Positions 20,267 through 30,547 are shown, counted from the first letter of the stretch. The stretch is 64,000 nucleotides of DNA from Pirellulales bacterium (GCA_028066245.1 JALCBR010000007.1:6748-70747), one strand, 5' to 3'. Notes: generated by a model from the letters alone, not told the origin. Made by a program: numbers and translations.

Positions 20267-21958
20267 TCAGCCAACTCGCAGGCGAGACTCCAAACGGCGG
20301 ACGGCCTCGTCCGCAGTCCAGTCTCCCGTATTGCAATGCAGCATTTGCTGGGACTTCACCCACCCATTGACCTTCTTTTGGGCGGAAACAACCGTGCTGT
20401 GGCTGCGGCCACCGAAATAGTTACCGATTTCGCTCAACGCGGCTCGGGTATGCTTTCGAGCCAACCACATGGCCAGCATTCGCGGCTGGCTCACATTTTG
20501 AGTCTTCTTGGAGGAACGCAATTGCTTGGGTTCAAGCTGAAACTCCTGGCAGACCGCTTTCTCGATTTCTTTGAGCTGTAACTGAGGGCCTGCGCGTCGC
20601 GTTTCGCCCAAAATGTTCTGAGCAACTCCTAGATCAATTTCGCCGCCGGTACTCAAGGTCGCCGCAAACAGTTGATTAACGGCTCCAGAGAGTTCTCGGG
20701 CGTGAGAGACAATCCGGCTAGCGACAAGTTGCACCACATTTTCGGGCAACTCCATGGACCTCTGCTGTGCAAAGCGCCGAACGAGTTCCTCTCGCTCTGG
20801 CAGATCGGGAAGCGCCACCTGGCAAGCCAGCCCGGCCTGTAGCCGTGCTTGCAGTTCCGGCCCTAATCCAGCCAACTCGGCAGGCGGCTTGTCCGAAGCC
20901 AGCACAACTTGTCGACCTTCCCGTCCCAACGAATCAATCGTGTAAAGCAGTTCCTCTTCCGTTCGCTTTTTGCCACAGATGAACTGCAAGTCATCGATCA
21001 ACAGTACGTCCACGTCCCGATACTTGCGCCGAAAACTGGGCATGCCGCCACCTCTCAAGGCCGCGACAAAATACGACGTGAACTGTTCTGCGGTCAGGAA
21101 CACCGCCGAACGCCCAGACTTCCGTGTCTGCGACCAGATGCCCTCCAACAGATGGGTCTTGCCAACAGACGATGGCCCGTGCAAGAAGAATGGTGAAAAC
21201 GCGCCCAGCTGTTGTAGAACCAATTCCGCCGCTGCAAAAGCAGTGCGGTTCGACTCGCCAACGACAAAACCTTCCAAGGAAGCAAACGACCGCGGAGTCC
21301 GGCCTGGCTTCACATCGCCCGTAGATTGCTGAACTCGACGTTGGCCCTTGGGTTTCATCTCCTTGTGGTGCGGTATTCCCCTACTGTGTGGTGCCAATTC
21401 CGCAGTTGAGGTTGCGACACCTGTTTCATCCGCGCTAATCTTGGACACCGAGAGAATTGAGGCAGATAAAGAAGGCACCAGAGATTCAGACGACTTGGGG
21501 AGCTGAGGGCCTTCTTTCCTTCGTGTCAGTTTGTGCTGAGTGCTCGGAGTGGCAGGCTCAACGTCATGCGGCAGCTCCGAGTCCAGTTGGAAAGAAAGTC
21601 TTCGCGGGCTGGAGTTGTTGCCTCTGCCGAGTTCGGTCAGACAACTCACCAGGTCCTGCTCAAAACTCCGTTGCAACCAAGACAGCAGGAATTGATTGGG
21701 CGCGGAGACACAGAGCGCTTGCCCAAAGCATGTCAGCTTCGTCGGCTTAGCGAACCAAAGTTCGTAGCGACTGTCACCGACACGCTCCCGTAAGAGCGTC
21801 CGCAATGCGGACACGAATTCCTTTTCGTCGCGTGTCACTTCCTGTGTCCCCAACGCCCGGATTGGCGGCCAGCGCGCACATTGAGACAGCGTGTGCGCAA
21901 AAAATCGCCGTGAGGTAAGGAGATACCGCAGTCTTCGCTCGGTTCGTCCGTTGCGCAA
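20267..21958 (-). CDS. dnaA: chromosomal replication initiator protein DnaA
   Basis: Domain I reads WFAKPTKL..L.VSAPNQFLLSWLQRSF. The AAA+ module has Walker A GPSSVGKTHLL and Walker B LLIDDLQF. The C-terminal DNA-binding signature is SQPRMLAMWLARKHT..SEIGNYFGGRSHSTVVSAQKKV. A long S/P-rich linker is present. The true start is uncertain, and a GTG at 21838 is possible. Confidence 0.9.
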   Translation of the reverse strand: MRNGRTERRLRYLLTSRRFFAHTLSQCARWPPIRALGTQEVTRDEKEFVSALRTLLRERVGDSRYELWFAKPTKLTCFGQALCVSAPNQFLLSWLQRSFEQDLVSCLTELGRGNNSSPRRLSFQLDSELPHDVEPATPSTQHKLTRRKEGPQLPKSSESLVPSLSASILSVSKISADETGVATSTAELAPHSRGIPHHKEMKPKGQRRVQQSTGDVKPGRTPRSFASLEGFVVGESNRTAFAAAELVLQQLGAFSPFFLHGPSSVGKTHLLEGIWSQTRKSGRSAVFLTAEQFTSYFVAALRGGGMPSFRRKYRDVDVLLIDDLQFICGKKRTEEELLYTIDSLGREGRQVVLASDKPPAELAGLGPELQARLQAGLACQVALPDLPEREELVRRFAQQRSMELPENVVQLVASRIVSHARELSGAVNQLFAATLSTGGEIDLGVAQNILGETRRAGPQLQLKEIEKAVCQEFQLEPKQLRSSKKTQNVSQPRMLAMWLARKHTRAALSEIGNYFGGRSHSTVVSAQKKVNGWVKSQQMLHCNTGDWTADEAVRRLESRLRVG

Positions 21959-22434
21959 GTATCCGCCTAAGAGTTCTCGACCTCGACGGCGGTGCGGTCA
22001 GTTGATTGTCACCCAGGGGGGTGATTCTACGCGTGCTAGCAGCGCTGTCAAAAGGAGGAACGATAAAGATTCTTGCGCAAACCAAGCGGCGAAAGAATGA
22101 ACCATGAAAACTCGATGAAATTGCGCGCACACTGCGCGAAAAATATTTCTGCAACAAGTGGAAAACATGTCGCTGCGTTTCTAACAGGCTTTCGCACGCG
22201 ATGATACAATCAGCGCAAGTTCCGTCCTGGTAAACACAACGGGGAAGTCGTCGACAAAAGGATTGAAATCCTGTCCACTTGCGCGCAGCCGACGAGTTAC
22301 ATCAAGAGATGTTCGTACGGACAGCGCAAGATCAACGTTCTGCGGAAAAACCGCCAACATCGATAAGATCCTCTGCACGTTGCGTGAACGCATTGAGAGT
22401 TTCGTTGCAGCACAATCATCAAGAGGTTGAAGAA

Positions 22435-22668
22435 ATGCCCTTATTCGAATTCACGTGTTGCGACTGCGAGACCGACTTCGAAGAGTTGATCTTTGGCGAT
22501 GAAAAGCCCACCTGCCCAAGCTGCCGTACGACGCATGTAGAAAAGCGCTTAAGCGTTCCAGCGCCAGGTCGTGTCGCCACATCACTTCCCGTCTGCCAGC
22601 CTGAGCAAATTCCGCAGGGAGGGTGTGGGTTGCCACAATGTGGGCAAGGCGCTTGTGGAATGGAATAG
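22435..22668 (+). CDS. FmdB-family zinc-ribbon protein
   Basis: 77 aa from the ATG at 22435, with AGAGG upstream. MPLFEFTCCDCETDFEELI....CPSC is the CxxC...CxxC FmdB-type ribbon. The tail is Cys/Gly-rich (GGCGLPQCGQGACG). Confidence 0.7.
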   Translation: MPLFEFTCCDCETDFEELIFGDEKPTCPSCRTTHVEKRLSVPAPGRVATSLPVCQPEQIPQGGCGLPQCGQGACGME

Positions 22669-22694
22669 TCCGAAAGCGCTGGTCGCACGACGCA

Positions 22695-23891
22695 TCACGG
22701 AGAACGTAGAATTCTCCGCGTGGGAACTTGAGCATCGTTTGAGCGCCGAGTGTCCTTCTCGGATGTTCGGCTGCGAGACCATTCCAGCAATAGCCGAGTC
22801 TCGCCTGCTGAGGCTGTCGATTGAGACGACGAAGATCCTGCCGGCGGAGATTCCGCTGACGGTTTCCTGAGGTCTTTCTGGGGAGCGGATAGCTTACTGG
22901 GACGAGGCGGAGTGACCTCGCGACGGGGAGCACCCGATGCACGCCAATCTGCGGCTGGCGGAGGGGCCTGACGTGTGCGGTTTGAGGACCGCTCGTCGGG
23001 AGATCCTGACTCGCCCCGAGCGTAGCCCGGAACTTCGCGTGACGCGGTTGCCAAACGAACACCCGGATCTTGCCCGCGATATGTGATATCGTCCACAGAG
23101 TCTGGTTGTGGTGCCGCGGCAATATCGGCTCGCCGATTTCCCGTCATTGGGCTTCCGGCGATGACCCAATCCAGCCAAGTATCTTGCAGGTTCTGCATGC
23201 TTTGAAAGTTGTAATGCTTGCGCAGTGCGGCCAGCCAATCTTCGCTTTCTAGACCATCACCGAGGAATTGCAGATACCGAGACTTACCTCCTTGATCAAT
23301 GAGGTACGTGGCCAGCGAATGCCCTTGAGCGTAGAGCGGCAGGACATCGTTGGGGTATTCCTTCATGCGGAACATTTGGCTGAACGAGATGCCGCGCCCC
23401 GTTTGCAAGAACTGAATCAACATCCGTTGCTGCTTGTTGCGTTCGCTGGTGTGTTCGACAGTCGTGCAAGCGCCTTCATCAGCCCAGCGTGGCAATGGCT
23501 GGCGAAAATGCGTGGCAAAGATGGTGTGCGTGACTTCGTGTGGCAGGACGGAATCCAACAAGCGGTCCATCGGCCCCTGGATCTCCATCTTCCAGTCGAA
23601 GACTTCGCCACGAGCGAACATAAAGCTTGTCGCTCCGCCGGCGCCCAGCCGCGGGCCGACTTCCACGCGAATCGGACAGGGGCGCGACCAATCCGGCATG
23701 GCTTCTCCCAGCCATTCGATTGCCAGGTCACGGCGATACTTTTCGGCGGACTCCGCGACGAGCCGGGCAACTTGAGGGCTGGCGGCCTCGACGACGAAAT
23801 TCGCCGTCCGGTAATTGGCTGCCGTGCAAATACTTGTCAGCGTCAAAGTGACAACCAGCGCGTACGCCAGCTGAGCTGTGCGAGCTTCCAT
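22695..23891 (-). CDS. secreted zinc-metallopeptidase-like protein (HExxH)
   Basis: 398-aa ORF with a signal peptide, an HEVTH motif within LPHEVTHTIF, and a long R/P/S-rich, probably disordered C-terminus. Confidence 0.7.
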   Translation of the reverse strand: MEARTAQLAYALVVTLTLTSICTAANYRTANFVVEAASPQVARLVAESAEKYRRDLAIEWLGEAMPDWSRPCPIRVEVGPRLGAGGATSFMFARGEVFDWKMEIQGPMDRLLDSVLPHEVTHTIFATHFRQPLPRWADEGACTTVEHTSERNKQQRMLIQFLQTGRGISFSQMFRMKEYPNDVLPLYAQGHSLATYLIDQGGKSRYLQFLGDGLESEDWLAALRKHYNFQSMQNLQDTWLDWVIAGSPMTGNRRADIAAAPQPDSVDDITYRGQDPGVRLATASREVPGYARGESGSPDERSSNRTRQAPPPAADWRASGAPRREVTPPRPSKLSAPQKDLRKPSAESPPAGSSSSQSTASAGETRLLLEWSRSRTSEKDTRRSNDAQVPTRRILRSP

Positions 23892-24245
23892 GCTCTTGCC
23901 TTCTCTTATGCTGAGTCAACTGTCAGATCGCTACCGTGCAAACTGATGCGTCAGAATCAAATCAAGTCGTGTGTGGGACCAAGTCGGTGACCTAAACACG
24001 AACGCTCCCACCACGGAAGTCTCACTCATTGCAAACGCCGCGCCAACGTTCATTTCAAGTCACAGTTCAACCGGCGGCACCAATCGCCCGCCGCGAAAGG
24101 AACACGCCTTCAGGGTGTCCCGAGTGCATTCTTTGCGTCTCAAGACCGATCGCCCAGGTGAAAAGTTTTCAAAGCGTACCCTGTTTGAATCAATCGACCT
24201 AGAGAGATTCACGGCTGTGCGAATTGTCGGCCTGATACGGGTTAG

Positions 24246-24282
24246 GCAAAACAAAACGTAACTCAGCTGTTGGATGTTACGT
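24246..24282 (-). terminator. candidate Rho-independent terminator downstream of the M16 pair
   Basis: A 7-bp stem ACGTAAC/GTTACGT (24256-24262 and 24276-24282) closes a 13-nt loop. On the minus strand it is followed by TTTGTTTTGC. Confidence 0.45.
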
Positions 24283-24466
24283 GCTTTCGTCGCTTGCACG
24301 ACTGGTACTTGAGATCCGTAAAGCATGCCTGCTCCGCATCGCGATCATTCGCTGCGCGCAACAATGCCAGCGTGTATTCCATCACTGTCGCAGTCGTCGC
24401 CAAGCGTTGGCAAAGTGTAGAGCCTCGACACCCCCACAAGACGACGCTCGTCAGGAATTGGCCTGC

Positions 24467-25702
24467 CTACTCAGGCTCGTTAAAAGCAACCGGCCCTATC
24501 GTGACCGTTGTCGCTTGCGTCAACGGATACTTGCGGAGCACGTGGTTGATATCGTCCAACGTGACAGCGTCAACCTGATCCAACTCCTGCCGAACGTTGA
24601 AGTACGTCTCCCGGGCGATCCAATGGCTGCCGACCGCAAAGAGCCGCCGGCGGCTGCGCTCGCCCGCCAGGACGAGCCGGGCTTTGGTCTTACTCTTGGC
24701 TTGGGCATGTTCGATCTCGGTCAGGCCGTCTTGTTCGGCTTCTTCGTACGTTGAACGCAAGAGCCTCAGGTTGTCAGTGGCTTTTTCTGGATCGCAGCTA
24801 AGCATCGTCCAAAAGATGCCGCCTCCCTGATATTCCACAAAGTACAGGCCAGCATGTTCGGCTTCACCAGAGTCAATCAGTTTCCAGTACAGCCGGCTGC
24901 CGGAACTATCTCCCAAGATGGTCGAGACCAAGTCAGCCGCAAAGCGTTCTTCATTCTCTGCGCCCGGCGCATCTGAGAGCTGCACCGTGTATTGCTGAGC
25001 CGACGTTTCTTTCTGCAGCCGGTGGAAGCCTGGGTGTCTTGGTGGGGTGACGACGTGGCGAGATGTTTCAAAAGGACTCCAGTTGCCGCATCGTGCATCT
25101 GTCATTTCGACAAGTCGATCAAAATCAACCTGCCCGGCCGCTACCAACGTGATGTTGTTGGGACTGTAGCGGTTCTCAAAGTACTCCCGCATCTGTTCGA
25201 CGCGTAGCTGTTGAATGGAGTTCACACTCCCCAACACGTTGTACGCCAGCGGGTGCTGGCCAAAATGCAATTCCTCGCACTTCTCGTCAGCGCCAAAAGG
25301 CGGTTGATCCTCATACATCTTGATTTCTTCGATGATGACCTGCTTCTCAGTCTCAAAATCTTCCGAACGCAGCGCAGGCCGCATGATATCGGCCAGAATG
25401 TCGACTGTTGGCTCCGTGTAGTCCGGCAACACGGACGCCCAATAGGCGGTCGTCTCTTTTGATGTGAAGGCGTTGTTTTCAGCGCCCATCGCGTCGAACT
25501 CGCGATTCACTTGCTCAGCGGAACGCTTGGCGGTCCCCTTGAAAGCCATGTGTTCCAAGAAGTGGCTGACGCCGGCCAGCTCGGGAGTCTCATCACGGGA
25601 GCCTGTTTTGACAAAGAAGCCCAGCGCCGTGACGCGCGCGTCCGGATTGCACTCCGCTACAATTTCCAATCCGTTATCAAGCTTCGCTTGCCGAAACTCC
25701 AA
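24467..25702 (-). CDS. M16-family zinc peptidase, catalytic-type subunit
   Basis: 411-aa ORF carrying the inverted zinc motif HxxEH (GVSHFLEHMAFKGT) and the N-terminal LDNGLEIV block. The start codon in the ORF track is TTG. It overlaps the upstream M16 gene by 26 nt. Confidence 0.85.
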   Translation of the reverse strand: MEFRQAKLDNGLEIVAECNPDARVTALGFFVKTGSRDETPELAGVSHFLEHMAFKGTAKRSAEQVNREFDAMGAENNAFTSKETTAYWASVLPDYTEPTVDILADIMRPALRSEDFETEKQVIIEEIKMYEDQPPFGADEKCEELHFGQHPLAYNVLGSVNSIQQLRVEQMREYFENRYSPNNITLVAAGQVDFDRLVEMTDARCGNWSPFETSRHVVTPPRHPGFHRLQKETSAQQYTVQLSDAPGAENEERFAADLVSTILGDSSGSRLYWKLIDSGEAEHAGLYFVEYQGGGIFWTMLSCDPEKATDNLRLLRSTYEEAEQDGLTEIEHAQAKSKTKARLVLAGERSRRRLFAVGSHWIARETYFNVRQELDQVDAVTLDDINHVLRKYPLTQATTVTIGPVAFNEPE

Positions 25703-26933
25703 GATTCACCTCCAAAGGACTTGGCCCGAGTGTGACAACGGTAAAGTCTTGTGCCGGATGTTTGGCAACGTAGTCATTGATGTCATCGCGTGTCAGAGCT
25801 TCCAATCGAGACTCGATCTCCTCCAACGAACGGATCCGGTTAAGGAAGTACCAATCACGAACAATTGCCGCCGTGCGAGCGGAGGTTGACTCTTGCTGCA
25901 TCACCAGTGCACTGCGAACCCGAGCCTTCAATCGGTCCAGCTCGTCGTCTTCAATGCCTTCAGACAATCGCTCCAGCTCTTGAATCGTGACATCCAGCGT
26001 TTCTTGGGCCCGATCAGCACTGGTGCCGGCGTAGCAAAAGACGGAGCCTGTCTTCTTGAGCGAGTGGTAACTGGCGTAGACGGAATAACACAAGCCTCGT
26101 TTTTCTCGAACTTCCGTGAACAGCCGCGCGCTCATACCACTGGAGAGCACGCCCACAGAAGCTGACGCTCGGTAATAATCTTCGTGAGCATACGGCACAC
26201 TCGGATACGCCAGACTGACTTGTGTCTGGTTGGAGTCGTATGGCAGATTGGCGTACCCGCCGATTCTTGACTGACTGACGACGCTGCGTTCGGGCCCAGG
26301 TTGCCAGTCTCCGAAGAGCTTTTCCACCAGCTTCAATGTCTCATCCCAATCGATCCGGCCCGCAAATCCAATCAGGCAGCCATTGGGACGGTAGGAGTTC
26401 TCGTAGAACTTCCGCACGTCATCAATCTGGATTTTGGTGACGCTCTCGACATCTCCGGAAGCCGGCTTGCCAAACGGCGAGGGTAAATGCCGGCGTTTCA
26501 ATTCCTGCATTGCCTTTTGCGCAGGATCATCTTCAATCCCGCGGAGCTCCTGAAACATCACCTGCCGGCTGGGCTCAATCTTGTCCTCAGGCAGGTGAGG
26601 CCGGCGAACCAGATCCGCGAAGATCTCCAACGCGGCCGGAATGTTCTCCGCGAGCGTCGCGCCGCCAAAGCTCGTATGAGAATCAGAGACGCCTTCTCCG
26701 TGTTCGACTCCCAGTGTTTCCAAATCATCAATGAACTTTCGGGCGTCGCGCGAACCGCAGCCGCGAAGTGTCATCTCGCAAGTGAATCCCGCCAAGCCAA
26801 ATCGATCCTGAGGATCGTAAATTGCCCCGGCAGGCATCAGAATGGTAAATGCGGCCGATTCCACGCCACGCATCGGCTCCGCGAGCAGTGTCAGACCGTT
26901 GTCAAACGTATGGTGATGGAGATTCTGGGTCAC
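25677..26933 (-). CDS. M16-family peptidase homolog lacking the HxxEH motif (non-catalytic-type subunit)
   Basis: The M16 fold is clear (FDNGLTLLAEP..AAFTILMPAGA..). The position aligned to HFLEH reads GFTCE. I chose the GTG at 26933 (MTQNLHHHTFDNGL, 418 aa). The longer 656-aa ORF runs antisense through a better-supported plus-strand lipoprotein gene. Confidence 0.8.
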   Translation of the reverse strand: MTQNLHHHTFDNGLTLLAEPMRGVESAAFTILMPAGAIYDPQDRFGLAGFTCEMTLRGCGSRDARKFIDDLETLGVEHGEGVSDSHTSFGGATLAENIPAALEIFADLVRRPHLPEDKIEPSRQVMFQELRGIEDDPAQKAMQELKRRHLPSPFGKPASGDVESVTKIQIDDVRKFYENSYRPNGCLIGFAGRIDWDETLKLVEKLFGDWQPGPERSVVSQSRIGGYANLPYDSNQTQVSLAYPSVPYAHEDYYRASASVGVLSSGMSARLFTEVREKRGLCYSVYASYHSLKKTGSVFCYAGTSADRAQETLDVTIQELERLSEGIEDDELDRLKARVRSALVMQQESTSARTAAIVRDWYFLNRIRSLEEIESRLEALTRDDINDYVAKHPAQDFTVVTLGPSPLEVNLGVSASEA

Positions 26934-27189
26934 AAGCCCTCGGCGATCGTCTAAATTGATGGGGCAATTGGAGACAAATAGGAAAGCACGCCACGCAAGC
27001 TGGAGCCTCGCGACGGCAAGAATCCACACGCTGCTCGTCCTGGCGATTGGGATGATCCTGCCAATTGCGGGGACTGTCATCGGAGAGGGAATTGTAGGAA
27101 GATCATGTGCTCGCGAACAGAGTTCGCATCGCTGCAAACGAATGGTCAAACTGATGTTGGGCTTAAACTGCCAGAAAGCGGGAGACGTG

Positions 27190-27600
27190 ATGAAGTCAAG
27201 AATGGTGTGCTGTCTTGCTCTAATCTGCGGACTGGGACTCGTGCTTTCTCCCGGCTGTGGAGGAGAGGGATCCAACGAACAAACAGCCAAGAACCAAAAG
27301 AACGAAGAAAAACAAGGCGCGACGCAGAGTTCGGCCAACACCTGGCCGGAACTCACCGAGGAGGAAAAAGCCGAAATCGCCGAGGCTTTGGCTGAGCTTT
27401 CTGAAGATGACCGCGCGCTGGCGGCCAAACAGTTCATCTGTCCTGTGGCAGAAGGTCCGCTGGGCAAGATGGGAACTCCCGTGAAAGTCATGGTCCCCAC
27501 GGCTGATGGGAATGAAACACCCGTTTTTATCTGTTGCGAAGCGTGCCGCGAAAGTTTGCTTGCCGATTCCGAAAAATATCTTGCCAAACTCCCGAAGTAG
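27190..27600 (+). CDS. lipoprotein with a YHS/TRASH-like Cys motif (putative periplasmic metal-binding protein)
   Basis: The ATG at 27190 is preceded by GGAG. The product is 136 aa with lipobox LVLSPGC. The C-terminal FICPVAEGPLGKMGTPVKV..PVFICCEACRESLLADSEKYLAKL resembles the YHS/TRASH pattern CPV...FC..C....PekY. It lies immediately upstream of copA. Confidence 0.65.
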   Translation: MKSRMVCCLALICGLGLVLSPGCGGEGSNEQTAKNQKNEEKQGATQSSANTWPELTEEEKAEIAEALAELSEDDRALAAKQFICPVAEGPLGKMGTPVKVMVPTADGNETPVFICCEACRESLLADSEKYLAKLPK

Positions 27601-27734
27601 TTTGCCGATCCGTCCGCTGATAGGGTCACTGATACGGCAACTGCCAAGAATTGTTTTGGCGCCAGACACTTCGCGTGTCTGGTGTCCTTTCCACCGCTGC
27701 CTGCCTATTGCTTCATGCGGTCGGTGCGATCACC

Positions 27735-30263
27735 ATGGCTGAGCGCTATAATACTCACATGGCTCAGCCCAACGAACGAATACCACAGCAGCACTCCCCG
27801 CGAGACTCGCAGAATCTTGCTTCGGAAGAACCATCCTGCTGCCACGGCGACGTGCGCGCGCCGGATCCGGTCCCACACGACGATGCTCACCGCCTAGGTG
27901 CCGGTTCGCCGCTACCCGTCTTGGACATTCACCTGCCGGAAGATTCTTCCGATCCTTCAACCCCCGACGGTTCACAACAAGAGCCGCATGCTTGCTGCCA
28001 GCATGGCTCAGCTTCATCCGAGAAAGCAGGCACGACCGAAACGGCACGGTACATCTGTCCGATGTGTCCAGGCATGGGGCAGGACAAACCTGGCACATGC
28101 GCGAAATGTGGCATGGCTTTGGAGCGGAATCTGTCCGCACCACGCAAGCGTATTGCCTATATCTGTCCGATGCATGCGGAAATTGAGCAAGAGTCTCCCG
28201 GGTTGTGCCCGAAATGCGGCATGGCACTGGAACCAACGGACGTCACGGCTGACGAGGAGGACGACGGCGAACTGCGTGACATGACGCGACGGCTGGTGGT
28301 CGCACTGACATTTGGACTTCCGGTGGTGATCCTGGCCATGGGGCCGATGGTCGGCCTCCCCATGGAACAATGGCTTAACGGTGCGCTCTCCAGATGGCTG
28401 CAACTGCTGCTTTCCGCTCCGGTCGTATTGTGGGCTGGCTGGCCGTTCTTTCAGCGTGCCTATCGCGCTGCGACCAACGGCAACGCCAACATGTTCACGT
28501 TGATCGCTCTGGGCAATGCGTCCGCCTTTCTCTTCAGCACGGTGGCGACCATCACACCCAGTATCATCCCGGCTGCATTTCAGGATGCTGGCCAAACGCC
28601 TGTCTACTTCGAGGCGGCTGCGATGATCACGGCGCTGGTGTTGTTGGGGCAGGTACTGGAATTGCGAGCGCGGAAAAGAACGGGAGCAGCAATTCAAGAG
28701 TTGATGGCGCTGGCGCCACAGACTGCGCGAGTCATCCGTGACAGGCAGGAGCACGAAGTCCCCCTGGACGAAGTCCAGAGCGGTGACGAGTTACTGGTCA
28801 AACCGGGCGATCAGATCCCGGTCGATGGCAACGTGCTCACGGGAGAGAGCACTGTCGATGAGTCGATGATGACCGGCGAATCAATGCCGGTGGCCAAGCG
28901 TGCCGGAGACCAAGTCATCGGTGGGACCGTCAATCAGACGGGTGTGTTTCATCTGAGGGCGGGCAGTGTTGGCGAAGAATCGATGCTCGCACGGATCATC
29001 GATATGGTTGCCCAGGCGCAACGGTCGCGGGCGCCCATTCAATCGATTGCCGACCGAGTCGCAGGTTATTTCGTGCCCCTTGTTGTCGCCACGGCGATCA
29101 TCTCGTTTGTCGCCTGGTCGATCTTTGGCCCGGAAGAAGGGCGGTTGGCATACGCTTTGGTCAGTGCGGTTTCCGTCTTGATTGTGGCTTGTCCCTGCGC
29201 TTTGGGCTTGGCAACTCCCATGTCGGTGATGGTTGGAATTGGCCGCGGGGCTCAGTCCGGCGTGCTAATCAAGAATGCAGAAGCTCTGCAACGGTTGGAG
29301 AACGTGGGTACCGTCATTGTTGATAAGACGGGCACATTGACCGAAGGCAAGCCCCGTGTCACCCACATTGAATGCCCAACAAACGTCAGCGACGAAGACG
29401 TGCTAGGACTCGCCGCCGCGATCGAATCGGGCAGCGAACATCCGCTGGCCGTGGCGATTCTCACCGCCGCGGAAGAACGCGGCCTCCAAATCCCGAAAGC
29501 GGAAGACTTTCAATCGACCACGGGCGCAGGCGTTGGCGGACGCGTCGATGGAGCGAGGATGCTTATCGGTACGTCGCGATTCATGAACGCGGAACAAGTG
29601 ACGGACTCGGCAGGTCTAGAACAATCCGCCGCCAACTTGGAAGCAAGCGGCCGGACCGTCGTTCGCGTTGCTCGTGAGGGGCAATTGATCGGACTGATCG
29701 CGATTGCTGACGCCATCAAGGAATCCACGCCACAAGCGGTATCTGCACTGCGGGATTTGGGGCTCTCTGTCCGCATCCTGACGGGAGACAACGAACAAGT
29801 CACCGCCTCGATAGCTGGCGAGTTGGCCATCGACCACTACGAAGCCCGCATGACGCCAGAGGACAAAAGCACGCGCCTCCAAGAACTCAAGCAGCAAGGG
29901 CATGTGGTCGCCATGGCGGGCGACGGAATCAATGACGCTCCCGCACTAGCTGTGGCAGACGTGGGAATCGCCATGGGAACGGGGACGGATATCGCTATCG
30001 AATCCGCCGACGTCACGCTGCTCAAAGGCGACCTCCGTGGCACCGTCAGGGCGATCCGGCTCAGCAAAGCGATGATGCGAAATGTTCGCCAAAACCTGTT
30101 CTTTGCCTTTGTTTACAACATGGCGGGTGTTCCGATTGCCGCTGGCATCCTCTATCCGTTCTTGGGCGTCTTGTTAAACCCAATGATCGCCGCGGCTGCG
30201 ATGAGCTTGAGCTCTGTGTCCGTGATCGGAAACGCTCTCCGATTGCGCAACCTGCGATTGTGA
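27735..30263 (+). CDS. copA: copper/heavy-metal-translocating P1B-type ATPase
   Basis: P-type ATPase motifs are present: TGES, the transmembrane CPC ([12 protein letters not shown]), [11 protein letters not shown], and [13 protein letters not shown]. The N-terminus carries two YICPM..PG.C.KCGMALE modules and Cys/His-rich stretches. The ATG at 27735 is chosen, and the ORF is open to 27651. Confidence 0.9.
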   Translation: MAERYNTHMAQPNERIPQQHSPRDSQNLASEEPSCCHGDVRAPDPVPHDDAHRLGAGSPLPVLDIHLPEDSSDPSTPDGSQQEPHACCQHGSASSEKAGTTETARYICPMCPGMGQDKPGTCAKCGMALERNLSAPRKRIAYICPMHAEIEQESPGLCPKCGMALEPTDVTADEEDDGELRDMTRRLVVALTFGLPVVILAMGPMVGLPMEQWLNGALSRWLQLLLSAPVVLWAGWPFFQRAYRAATNGNANMFTLIALGNASAFLFSTVATITPSIIPAAFQDAGQTPVYFEAAAMITALVLLGQVLELRARKRTGAAIQELMALAPQTARVIRDRQEHEVPLDEVQSGDELLVKPGDQIPVDGNVLTGESTVDESMMTGESMPVAKRAGDQVIGGTVNQTGVFHLRAGSVGEESMLARIIDMVAQAQRSRAPIQSIADRVAGYFVPLVVATAIISFVAWSIFGPEEGRLAYALVSAVSVLIVACPCALGLATPMSVMVGIGRGAQSGVLIKNAEALQRLENVGTVIVDKTGTLTEGKPRVTHIECPTNVSDEDVLGLAAAIESGSEHPLAVAILTAAEERGLQIPKAEDFQSTTGAGVGGRVDGARMLIGTSRFMNAEQVTDSAGLEQSAANLEASGRTVVRVAREGQLIGLIAIADAIKESTPQAVSALRDLGLSVRILTGDNEQVTASIAGELAIDHYEARMTPEDKSTRLQELKQQGHVVAMAGDGINDAPALAVADVGIAMGTGTDIAIESADVTLLKGDLRGTVRAIRLSKAMMRNVRQNLFFAFVYNMAGVPIAAGILYPFLGVLLNPMIAAAAMSLSSVSVIGNALRLRNLRL

Positions 30264-30313
30264 CTGGCGAGGCACGGCGGCGAAATTGATCGCCGTATCA
30301 CACATGGCAGTGA

Positions 30314-30547
30314 ATGGAGAATTCGACCGTCACCCACTCGTTCCCCGTTCTCGCCGATATCGAAAGCACCAGTTTCCACTTTCAATCGGAAGAGGACTAT
30401 CGCCACACGTGGGATTGGATACAACAGCACAAGCTGGCTGAAATGCGGGGCCATTCAGGCCCGGATTCATGGGAACGCTGGCAACAAGGCTTAGCTTTTC
30501 GACATCGTACGCACGTTTGGAGTGAAAATGACAACTGCCACCATTAA
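30314..30547 (+). CDS. possible small protein (77 aa), unknown function
   Basis: This ORF lies in the copA-ppiB spacer and has a protein-like N-terminal half ([32 protein letters not shown]). It has no clear RBS and overlaps the ppiB start by 20 nt. Support is weak. Confidence 0.2.
   Translation: MENSTVTHSFPVLADIESTSFHFQSEEDYRHTWDWIQQHKLAEMRGHSGPDSWERWQQGLAFRHRTHVWSENDNCHH

Noticed and set aside
24264-24381. 39-codon minus-strand ORF (MEYTLALLRAANDRDAEQACFTDLKYQSCKRRKHVTSNS) between the M16 stop and the terminator hairpin.
   Set aside because: It is too short to evaluate, has no RBS, and its stop falls in the terminator loop. I kept it as a note only.
26934-27647. The N-terminal 238-aa extension of the 656-aa ORF (25677-27647) containing the second M16 gene.
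   Set aside because: The extension has no M16 similarity and is low-complexity. It runs antisense through a plus-strand lipoprotein gene that has a good RBS and lipobox. A GTG at 26933 gives a normal-length M16 protein.
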